From assembly GCA_965228735.1 (NCBI GenBank), contig OZ245838.1:4768001-4832000 (forward strand): 64,000 nucleotides of DNA, written 5' to 3'. This DNA comes from Planctomycetota bacterium (GTDB lineage Bacteria; Planctomycetota; UBA1135; UBA2386). The notes under the pieces were generated by a model. The model made no database searches, was not told where the DNA came from, and saw nothing but the letters and a program-made list of their open reading frames with translations. Made by a program: the position numbers and the translations under genes. Below are positions 55,839 to 64,000 of this stretch, one piece after another; positions within the stretch are counted from its first letter, which is position 1; every line of letters begins with the position of its first letter.

Positions 55839-58621
55839 TCCGTTCTCGTTCGTTCTGCGCGCGCCGCCTGGCGTCGGCGTGCATCCCCGTCTTCGCTTCG
55901 CACGCGCTCGCACAGTCAGATTGGTCGGAGCTCTACCCGATGCCGCGGACGGAGTTCGTGATGCAGATGTTCGACGCGACCGAGGCGTCGGGCCTCGAGG
56001 CCCACATCGTGATGTTCGGTGGTTTGACCGATCTCGGGACCGGCCTCAGCATCGGGGCGCCGCTCGGCGACACCTGGATCTGGAGTGGCGGCGAGTGGAT
56101 GCTGCACAAGCAGGAGAACGGCCCGCAGCGGCGCAACGCCGCGGCGATGTCGCGGGGGCCCGCCGAGACGCTCCTGATGTTCGGCGGACTCAACTCCGGT
56201 CAGGTGCTCAATGACACCTGGGTGTGGAATGGCGCGGAGTGGTCGTTTCGCCTGCCCGTGCAGTCACCGTCGCCGCGCGATCTGCATGCCATGGCGTACG
56301 AGCCGGGTCGCGAAGTCGTAGTGCTGTTCGGTGGCACGACCGGGTCCGGAACTCAGCTCGGTGACACGTGGGAATGGGACGGAACGGCATGGTCCCAGAT
56401 CGCGACGCAATGGTCTCCGCCTCCGCGTGAGGGCCACGTGATGATGCACTCCGACTCGGACTCGACGGTCTACCTCCACGGTGGCTGGGTCGGTGCGGGT
56501 TACTCCGCCGACGTCTACCGTTACGATTCGACGGTGCCGCGGTGGTACTACGTCGGGCAGACGTCACGCGCCGTTGGATACCATTACGGCGGCTACGATC
56601 CGGGTACCGACCGCCTCGTGGTCGGCGGTGGGCAGTACTCGGGCGGGAACAACACTCTGGGTTGGTTGATCAACACGACCAACGGCGCCGCTCAGCAGTT
56701 CACCGGGCACGCCATGGCGTCGACGTTGCGAACCCGCTACGGGATGACCGGCGGCAACCTCGACGGCAGTGGCCACAAGTTCTATCTGTTCAAGGGCCGC
56801 GGCACCGGCGACGTCCGATCGACGACCGAGGAGTTTCACTCGACGATGTCGAGTTGGAGCAACAGCGTCCTGCAGCGTTGGAACGGACCCGCCAACGGCC
56901 ATGGTGGCTCGATGGTCTATGACGCGAACCGCAACAAGATGGTCCTCGTCTCCGGAGCGCGCTACCTGGATCCGGCAATCGGCAACGTCACGCATCCGTG
57001 CAACATGCAGGATCCGCCGATCGGCACCCGCGCGAGCAATGGCTGGTGGTCGCAGGGCGGCGGCGTTGCCTGCGGGTCGACCGTCTGGGTCGCGCCGCGG
57101 ACGTTCGACGACTTCGTGGCGGACTACTCCTGGGGGGAGACGTTCGAGTTCGACCCGACCGCGAGCGGAGTTGATCGCGGGTGGGTGCGCTCCGACACGC
57201 CTGGCGATCCGACCGGCGGGGCGATGAACGCCGGTGCCGGATTGACGCTCGCACACCTGGCCACGAACGGCAAGACCTACCGGCTCGGAGGCTACGAGGT
57301 CGGCATCGGCGCGCCGGCCAATCCGGCCTGGGGCTGGCTGCTCACCTGCGTCTTTCAGTACAACTACAATTGCATGCAGGTGCCGGTGACCCGCCATATC
57401 CAGCGCTACCGGTACACCCCGCTCAACACGCTCACCGTCGATGACGACCTCTACGAGTATCTGGGTCCACAGACGACCGGGCCGAGCTGGACCCGAATCG
57501 CGTCGCACCCGGCGGGTGCAATTGCGTTCCACTCGCTCCATGCCGATCCTCAGCAGGGTCGCCTCGTCGTGTTCGGGGGATCCCGGATGCCAGCATCGAG
57601 CTCGACGGCCGACCTCAACGTGTTCGATCCGGGGACGTCCACGTGGACCACGTACTCGCCGCCGGTGACGGTGCCGGTCACGCCATGGCCGACGCCGCGA
57701 TTCGGGCACCGGATGGTCTACGACGAGCGGCGGAACGTCGCGGTGATGTTCGGTGGCTTCGATCTCAGCAGCGCCGCCGGCGCCGTCCGCAGCGATACGT
57801 GGGAGCTGAGCTGGGACCCGATGGCCAGCAGCTGGTCGTGGCAGGAGATCGATTACACGAGCACGCCGGGATTGCGGCCGGGGCCACGGATGCTGCACTC
57901 GATGGTGTACGACCCGGTGCGTCAGCGCGTCGTCGTGACCGGAGGCATTGCCCGCCCGTTCCTCGATACGAACAGCGGTACGTGGCCGTTCCGGACCAAG
58001 CCGACTCTGACCTCGTACCCCCAGGCCTACAGTGACGTATGGGAATGGGATGGTTCGACGTGGGAGTTGCGCGAGCCGGAAACCCTGCGCATCGAGCGAT
58101 TCTGTGCTGCGGCGGCGTGGAATCCCGAGACCGAGGCGACGATGACTTTCGGTGGCCTGACGCACGCCGGCATCCTGCCGAACGTGATCACGACACGCTT
58201 CGAGGCCGTCGACGACTACGGTCCCGAGCCGCTCGCCACGACGACCAAGATCGGCTACAGCTGCCCGACTGTCGGCAACGACATCGTCGCCGTTGCCGGT
58301 CAGCGCCCGTACGTCGGGACGGAGTTCGACATCAGTTGGTCGTTGCCGGATGCGACCATCAACTACCTGCCGGTGGTCTATATCGGTCTGGTGCAGCAGA
58401 CCACGAATCTCGGTTTCGTGGGGCTGCCGTCGTGCAACATGTTCACGGATCTCAACTATCCGGTGACCCTCGCCGTGAATCAGAGTCAATATACGCTGGC
58501 GATTCCCGATGGTCCGTACGGAGGTCTGCCGCTCTATATGCAGGTCGCGTTGTTCGACAGCAGCAACATGCAACTGAAGGACGTGACCGACGCGATCCAG
58601 CTCAACCTCCAGCTGCGTTGA
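55835..58621 (+). CDS. secreted Kelch-repeat protein
   Basis: P.PR..H.M.YD...VVLFGG...DTWEWDG repeats; signal peptide; ATGA overlap with the protease gene. Confidence 0.9.
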   Translation: MIRSRSFCARRLASACIPVFASHALAQSDWSELYPMPRTEFVMQMFDATEASGLEAHIVMFGGLTDLGTGLSIGAPLGDTWIWSGGEWMLHKQENGPQRRNAAAMSRGPAETLLMFGGLNSGQVLNDTWVWNGAEWSFRLPVQSPSPRDLHAMAYEPGREVVVLFGGTTGSGTQLGDTWEWDGTAWSQIATQWSPPPREGHVMMHSDSDSTVYLHGGWVGAGYSADVYRYDSTVPRWYYVGQTSRAVGYHYGGYDPGTDRLVVGGGQYSGGNNTLGWLINTTNGAAQQFTGHAMASTLRTRYGMTGGNLDGSGHKFYLFKGRGTGDVRSTTEEFHSTMSSWSNSVLQRWNGPANGHGGSMVYDANRNKMVLVSGARYLDPAIGNVTHPCNMQDPPIGTRASNGWWSQGGGVACGSTVWVAPRTFDDFVADYSWGETFEFDPTASGVDRGWVRSDTPGDPTGGAMNAGAGLTLAHLATNGKTYRLGGYEVGIGAPANPAWGWLLTCVFQYNYNCMQVPVTRHIQRYRYTPLNTLTVDDDLYEYLGPQTTGPSWTRIASHPAGAIAFHSLHADPQQGRLVVFGGSRMPASSSTADLNVFDPGTSTWTTYSPPVTVPVTPWPTPRFGHRMVYDERRNVAVMFGGFDLSSAAGAVRSDTWELSWDPMASSWSWQEIDYTSTPGLRPGPRMLHSMVYDPVRQRVVVTGGIARPFLDTNSGTWPFRTKPTLTSYPQAYSDVWEWDGSTWELREPETLRIERFCAAAAWNPETEATMTFGGLTHAGILPNVITTRFEAVDDYGPEPLATTTKIGYSCPTVGNDIVAVAGQRPYVGTEFDISWSLPDATINYLPVVYIGLVQQTTNLGFVGLPSCNMFTDLNYPVTLAVNQSQYTLAIPDGPYGGLPLYMQVALFDSSNMQLKDVTDAIQLNLQLR

Positions 58622-58964
58622 CCCGCCTCCGGGCGCGCGGCTGCGGTCGAACGGCTTGCGCAAGAACGTGAGCGCATCGGCAACACCGGGGTAGTTCGAC
58701 AACCACGCCGACCCGGTGTCGGCACCGGCGGCACTTCGCCGACGTAGATACTGGTGCGAACGTCGCCAGCGGCGGTGGCCGGCATCTGGGCCCTGGCTAT
58801 CGTGCGGGTCGGTATGGCCCGGGGAGAAGGTGGTTCACCGAGTTTTCGCGCTGGTTCGCGCGCATCGGGGAAACCCTGCCGCCGACGCGGGCTATGCGCA
58901 GCCGCGGCGAACTTCTCGACTTCGCGACAACCGTAGACCGCGGACCCAACACGAACTGCATCTC

Positions 58965-61364
58965 ATGACTGCTGCCATCCTCCGCAATTCTGCTCTGGTC
59001 CTCGCCACGCTCACCGTTCTCGGTCGGGTGGCGGTCGGCCAATGCGAGAACGCCTGGACCGCGTTCGCCGAGGCCCGGACGACTTCCGGCCAGATCCTCG
59101 ACATGAAGCTCTGGGATCCGGACGGAGCCGGGCCGTTGCCGGAGGAAGTGGTGATCGGCGGTGCGTTCGGCGCGGCCGGTGGCGAGGTGATCCCATATCT
59201 CGCGGCCTACGATCCCGTGCAGAACACGTGGCGCAGTCTCGGTGGCGGCACGAACGGCACGGTGCGCAGCATCGACGTCCTGCCGAACGGCGACCTCGTG
59301 ATCGGCGGCGACTTCACCGAGGCTGGCGGCGTGCCGGCAGTCGGTGTGGCGGTCTGGGACGGCTCGTCGTGGGCCGGGCTCGGCAACGCGCCGGGCGTGC
59401 TCTCGGTTCTGGCGACCTCGACCGGCGAGATCGTGGTCGGCGGACGGTTCACCGCGATCGACGGGGTCGCGGCGCTCAACGTGGCGCGCTGGGACGGCGC
59501 GGCCTGGCACCCGATGGCAACGGGCCTCGTCGACGTCAGCTGGTTGGGATTCGCCCCCGGAGTCGTCGATCTGGCGGAGCTGGACACGGGTGAGATCGTC
59601 GCGGTTGGCGGCCTCATCGATCGTGTGTCGGTCTGGGACGGGAACGCCTGGACGGCGAACGCACCGACCGTGAGCGCCGTCGTCTGCGTGCTCGCCGAGC
59701 CGGGCGGCAGCTTCATCGTCAGTGGACTGGGCCAGTCCAACCAGCAGATCGCCACCTGGGACGGTTCGAATTGGAGCGCGATGGGGGCAGCCGGCGGCGT
59801 CGTCCGAGATCTGGCACGGCTGCCCAACGGCGACCTGATTGCGGCGTACGATGGCGCCGGCGGCGCCGGCTCGTTCGCCTCCGGAGTGATGCGCTACCGC
59901 AACGGCATCCGCACGATGCTCGGTGGTGCGGGATCGAGCTCGATTTCGGCGGTAGAGGCGTTGCCCGGCTCCGGTGGGGCGCTGCTGGTTGGCGGTCGGG
60001 CCAGCGCGATCGGGCCGGTCGAGGGCCAGAACCTGTTCCACTACGACGGCTCGCAGTTTCTCGGTGCGGCGCCGTGGATCGACGGCGACTACGCGGTCAA
60101 GACGCTGTCCAACGGCGAGGTCTACGCCTTCGGATCGTTCAGCTCGATCGGCGGCGTCCCGTTCCAACGGATTGCGCGCTGGGACGCTGGCTGGCATCCG
60201 GTCGGCGCCGGGGTGCCGGCGAACGTCAACGACCTCGACGGATTTCCGGACGGCACGTTGGTCGCCGCGTGCACCAACCTCGTCTACCAGTTCGATGGCA
60301 CGACCTGGTCGTTCATGAGCCAGTCGCCGATCGGCGGCAAACTCATTCTCGCGCGCCCGACCGGTGAGATCGCGGTCACGGCCGGGTCGTCGGACACGCT
60401 CAACTGGTTCGATGGCTCGACCTGGTCGACGGTCGGCTCGTCGAGCCCGGCTCGATTCATCACGGGCATGGCCCTGCTTCCGGACGGCGACATCGTGCTG
60501 TCCTCGCAGTCCTTGAGCGGTCTGCCGATTTCTTACGGGCGGATCGGCCGGTGGGACGGCGCTTCCACGTGGACGGCACTCGATCCGTCTTGGACGGTCA
60601 CCAACCCGTCCGGGATCACCGCGACGCCTGCGGGCGACATCTGGGTCATTGACTCCGCCAACCCGTTCTTCGGAACCAGCCAGGTGGTTCGGCTCGACGG
60701 TTCGACGTGGACCCAGGCGGGTGTCCTCGACGGCTTCCCGGCGCAACTGATCACCAACTCGGCCAACGATGTGTTCGTCGCGGGCCAGTTCACGCAGAGC
60801 AGCGGGCAGCCCTGTCGTTACCTGGGGCGGTGGGACGGCTCGAACTGGCAGCCGGTTGCCGGCGGCGCACCGGACCGGACATGGCGCGTTGCTCTGACCG
60901 AGAACGGCGACACGCTCACGGTCGGCGGCGGCCTGTTCCTGCACCGGACGGCCTGCCCGGCGAGTGCCCAGCCGGTGGCGGCCGGCTGCGCCGGCTCGCA
61001 TGGGCCGAACGACCTCGAGGCCGAGATCCTGCCGCTCGCGGGTGGTGTCTACGAGGCGCGTGCGACCGGCCTGCCGGCGTCCGCCCTCGTGGTCGATGGC
61101 TATGGCTTCACGCTGGCGTCGACTCCGCTGATCAACCTGACGCCGTTCGCGGCTCCCGGCTGCACGTTGGCGCTCGTGCCCGACGTGATCGTCAGTCGCC
61201 TCGCATCCGGCAGCGCGACCAGCCGGCTCACGATCCCGAGCGATCCGACCTGGATCGGTTCGACGTTCCACCACCAGATGCTCGTCGTCGAGCTCGGCGG
61301 CGCCAGCATCGTCGAAGTGACGGTGACCGATGCGATCGCGGCGACGATCGGTCGCGGCTACTAG
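58965..61364 (+). CDS. secreted beta-propeller repeat protein (WDG..W / GG.F repeats)
   Basis: Repeats LPNGDLV.GG.F...VA.WDG..W; signal peptide ending AVGQ; shared C-terminal domain. Confidence 0.9.
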   Translation: MTAAILRNSALVLATLTVLGRVAVGQCENAWTAFAEARTTSGQILDMKLWDPDGAGPLPEEVVIGGAFGAAGGEVIPYLAAYDPVQNTWRSLGGGTNGTVRSIDVLPNGDLVIGGDFTEAGGVPAVGVAVWDGSSWAGLGNAPGVLSVLATSTGEIVVGGRFTAIDGVAALNVARWDGAAWHPMATGLVDVSWLGFAPGVVDLAELDTGEIVAVGGLIDRVSVWDGNAWTANAPTVSAVVCVLAEPGGSFIVSGLGQSNQQIATWDGSNWSAMGAAGGVVRDLARLPNGDLIAAYDGAGGAGSFASGVMRYRNGIRTMLGGAGSSSISAVEALPGSGGALLVGGRASAIGPVEGQNLFHYDGSQFLGAAPWIDGDYAVKTLSNGEVYAFGSFSSIGGVPFQRIARWDAGWHPVGAGVPANVNDLDGFPDGTLVAACTNLVYQFDGTTWSFMSQSPIGGKLILARPTGEIAVTAGSSDTLNWFDGSTWSTVGSSSPARFITGMALLPDGDIVLSSQSLSGLPISYGRIGRWDGASTWTALDPSWTVTNPSGITATPAGDIWVIDSANPFFGTSQVVRLDGSTWTQAGVLDGFPAQLITNSANDVFVAGQFTQSSGQPCRYLGRWDGSNWQPVAGGAPDRTWRVALTENGDTLTVGGGLFLHRTACPASAQPVAAGCAGSHGPNDLEAEILPLAGGVYEARATGLPASALVVDGYGFTLASTPLINLTPFAAPGCTLALVPDVIVSRLASGSATSRLTIPSDPTWIGSTFHHQMLVVELGGASIVEVTVTDAIAATIGRGY

Positions 61365-61405
61365 AAGCTCGGCCGGCGGGACCCACCATCCAGCCGGCGG
61401 CGACC

Positions 61406-63652
61406 CTACTGCCCGATCGTATGCAGCTGACGATCCGTCACCGCAAACCCCGGGAAGCTCGGGCACGCCGCGGTGCCGGGATCGTAGGTCGTCCACTGCG
61501 TCTCGAACTGCAGGCCGGCGAGGCCGGGATCACACGGCAGTGAGTACCGGAACATCGCGCTGTTGTTCGCCGCGATCGGGACGACGAGCGCGACCTGCGG
61601 TTGCAGCCACTCGCACGCGCCGCACGTGATGACGCTCGGCGCGATGGCGAAGTTGAACATCGTCAACGCCGCCGTCGCGGGTAACCCGATGACCGAGCTG
61701 TGGAGCTGCGTCATGCCGAGGTTGGGCGGCGTAGAGCTCTGCGTGCCGCCGGCGCCGCAGCCGCCGCCCTGATCGACGATGGTGCCGTTGTTGCCGTAAT
61801 TGCCGAGCCGCTGCGCCCAGACGTCCTGGCTCTCGCCCCAGACCGCGAGCCCTTCGAAGAGCGCCTGGTCGAAGCCCGACATCGTCGTCGCTACGACCAC
61901 GCGGGTGTCGGTCGAGGGCACCTGCGCCGAGAACAGGTCCTGGCAGTTCGAGCACGACGAAGGGTCGATGCCGCGCGCGCGCAGCGCGGTCGAACCGAGG
62001 AAGTTCTCGCGGTAGCCGAGCCACGTCTTGCCGTGCGAGTAGCCGACCGTCGGATGGTCGAGGCGGACCCACGACGTCCCGCCGAGCGTGACCGGCGCGC
62101 CGAACTGCAGCGCGCCGCCAACGAGCTGCGCCGACCGCACGCTGACCGCGTTGTAGGGGGTGCCGAACGCGTTCTGGCGCCACGCCACGACCCATTCGTC
62201 GCCGTAGCCGTCGACGTCCGGGCTCCAGAACTCATCGGTCGTGTTGGTCTCGATCGTCATGCGATTGGTGACCGTGTTGTTGCGCGCCGAGACCAGGGCA
62301 CACGCGATGCCGCGTTGCACGGTGCCGATGCCCCAGAATCGCCGGGCCACGACCATGAGCTTGCGGTCGGACTCCGCCGATCGGGCGATCGCCGGCTGCG
62401 AGTAGCCGACGAACGTCGAATCGTTGAAGACCGCGAATGGCGACGAGACCAGCGCCGTGCCCGACGCGTTCATGCCGATGCGGCGCGCGTAGATCCGGTC
62501 GGCGTTGGTGTCGTCCCAGACGGCGACGAACGCGTAATTCTGCTGGGACTGTCCGGCCTCGGCCCCGATGTCGGCATCGGTGACCGTCCACTGCGGACCG
62601 TTGGCGAGAATCGTCGTCGGCGACAGCGCGGTCGACGACGGCCCACCGTGCACCGTCACCGACCGGAAGTTGACGTGCGACTGGGTGCCGACCCGTTGCA
62701 CCCACACGACACCGAACCGCGAATGCCGTTTGCACGTCGCGACCCGGGGCCGGGAGGATGCGCCGCCCACGGTGAACCAGATCACACCCTGGAACAACGC
62801 GCCGGCGCGGTCGATGAGCTGACCACGAACGCGGATGTCGCTGCTGCTGAACGTCCGCAGGAACGTCACGAGGTAACGGTCCTCGACGCGCTCGAACGAG
62901 CAGTCCGGTTTGGAGTCGGAGTATGTCGGGCCGTTCCAGATCCCGATCGCCGGCCCGATCAGCGGATCGAGCACGAGCGGATACGTGGCACGGTCGACGA
63001 ACGCCGCGGGCAGCGACAGTTCGAGCACGCCGTCTCCGTATCGCAAGCCACCCGCGATCTTGCGACCGAGCGCGTCGATGCCCGTGACGCCGCCGAACGT
63101 GACACCGCCGATGCCAGCGATGCCGAACCGGAGGCTGCCGTCCGTATGCGCGACCGGCTCCGGCAGTCGGGTGTCCAATGCGTAGCGCGCGACCAGGTCA
63201 CCGCGTCCCGGCGGTCGCGTATCGAACTCCCAGGACAGCTCGACGCCGTCGACACCGACCGCATAGCGCTCACGGACACCGGGGCCGTGCGCGAACGTCG
63301 CCGTGCGTTCGCTCTGCTCGGGTCGGCAGTGCGAGGGCAGCGCGACGGCCGGCTCGCCGTCACGCCCGACCGACAGCGGTCGCAGCGCGAGATACTGGGT
63401 CTCCGCGACGGCCGTTCCCAGCGCGGGCTCCAGCCGCATGCCGGATTCGCGAAATCGCACGTCGTAGTAGGCGCCACCGCCATGGAGCACCCCTGGCTCG
63501 AGCTCGAACAGCCCCGAGCTGCGATGCACGGCGACGCGGTCGAGCTGCGGGCCGCTCGGTGGGGCGTCGGCGTCCTGCTGCGAGAGCGCGGGCAGCGCGA
63601 AGGCGCCGGCGGCGAACACGTTCGAGAGCAACGTTCGGTGGAGTTCCATCAT
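61406..63652 (-). CDS. secreted hypothetical protein
   Basis: Signal peptide ending ALSQ; ERY...GVE.SW...ATYPLVLDPL N-terminal domain; beta-rich repeats; shared C-terminal domain. Confidence 0.85.
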   Translation of the reverse strand: MMELHRTLLSNVFAAGAFALPALSQQDADAPPSGPQLDRVAVHRSSGLFELEPGVLHGGGAYYDVRFRESGMRLEPALGTAVAETQYLALRPLSVGRDGEPAVALPSHCRPEQSERTATFAHGPGVRERYAVGVDGVELSWEFDTRPPGRGDLVARYALDTRLPEPVAHTDGSLRFGIAGIGGVTFGGVTGIDALGRKIAGGLRYGDGVLELSLPAAFVDRATYPLVLDPLIGPAIGIWNGPTYSDSKPDCSFERVEDRYLVTFLRTFSSSDIRVRGQLIDRAGALFQGVIWFTVGGASSRPRVATCKRHSRFGVVWVQRVGTQSHVNFRSVTVHGGPSSTALSPTTILANGPQWTVTDADIGAEAGQSQQNYAFVAVWDDTNADRIYARRIGMNASGTALVSSPFAVFNDSTFVGYSQPAIARSAESDRKLMVVARRFWGIGTVQRGIACALVSARNNTVTNRMTIETNTTDEFWSPDVDGYGDEWVVAWRQNAFGTPYNAVSVRSAQLVGGALQFGAPVTLGGTSWVRLDHPTVGYSHGKTWLGYRENFLGSTALRARGIDPSSCSNCQDLFSAQVPSTDTRVVVATTMSGFDQALFEGLAVWGESQDVWAQRLGNYGNNGTIVDQGGGCGAGGTQSSTPPNLGMTQLHSSVIGLPATAALTMFNFAIAPSVITCGACEWLQPQVALVVPIAANNSAMFRYSLPCDPGLAGLQFETQWTTYDPGTAACPSFPGFAVTDRQLHTIGQ

Positions 63653-63754
63653 GAGACCTCGGGTCGCGACTCCTCCCCGGTGTCCGGGGGGCGACCGGGC
63701 TGACACCCGATCGGCAAAAGCGGGGTCTCTTGCGCGGTGGGCCGAACTGGCGCC

Positions 63755-64000
63755 TCAGGCGCCCAAAGCGGCCTGTCGCTGGCGTTGCAGCTCCTCGAAC
63801 AAGCGCGTCATGGTCGCGCTATGAACGATCCTGCAGGCAGTGGCCACGCCGGCAAGCCAGAGCAGCACGTCCAGGGGGTGGAACACGAGCGGGATGGACT
63901 CGAAGCCCCGCTGCATGGACCGGAGCTCCGCTGCCTCGACCTCTGGTCGTTGAACTCGCGGTCCGTCGACCAGCCACTCCGCGTAGTTCGGCTGCTTCTC
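63755..64000 (-). CDS. hypothetical protein, 3' end only
   Basis: Open frame from the window edge (EKQPNYAEWLV...) to TGA at 63755; one hydrophobic segment. Confidence 0.55.
   Translation of the reverse strand, partial: EKQPNYAEWLVDGPRVQRPEVEAAELRSMQRGFESIPLVFHPLDVLLWLAGVATACRIVHSATMTRLFEELQRQRQAALGA

Noticed and set aside
41933..63703. Long antisense ORFs (41933..43726, 53340..55244, 56564..58702, 58797..61496, 61700..63703, 43821..45197)
   Set aside because: Shadows of real genes caused by high-GC codon bias; no motifs, and Arg/Gly/Asp-rich composition.

Overview
High-GC bacterial DNA, most likely from a Planctomycetota genome (inferred from the ECF-sigma/Ser-Thr-kinase pair, the ELWxxDGT and DUF1570-like proteins and the gene style). 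Bases 1-41847 form a tandem stack of integrative elements at a tRNA 3' end. An identical 20-bp tRNA fragment, TTCGAGTCCTGCAGGGCCTA, occurs at 16800, 39015 and 41828; the intact tRNA is not in the window. Element A (<1-16819) carries nuclease and membrane genes, an MBL hydrolase, and an ECF-like gene coupled to an RHS-HNH toxin plus immunity gene. Element B (16820-39034) has a tyrosine integrase and excisionase at one end and a Rep_trans-like rolling-circle initiator at the other. Its cargo looks defensive (HEPN, RloC-like, TM0106 nuclease-helicase, DUF4062-Mrr, a split PD-(D/E)xK gene) and includes a serine resolvase. Element C (39035-41847) has no integrase and carries DUF799/DUF4810 lipoprotein genes cut by an IS3. 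Two IS256 copies with 8-bp target duplications and a four-gene transposon with two DDE enzymes are also present. Bases 41848-64000 look like core chromosome: a cluster of secreted proteins, five of which share a ~130-aa C-terminal domain, plus ECF/kinase genes. No CRISPR array, rRNA or complete tRNA was seen. All family assignments come from motif recognition by eye; no database searches were run.
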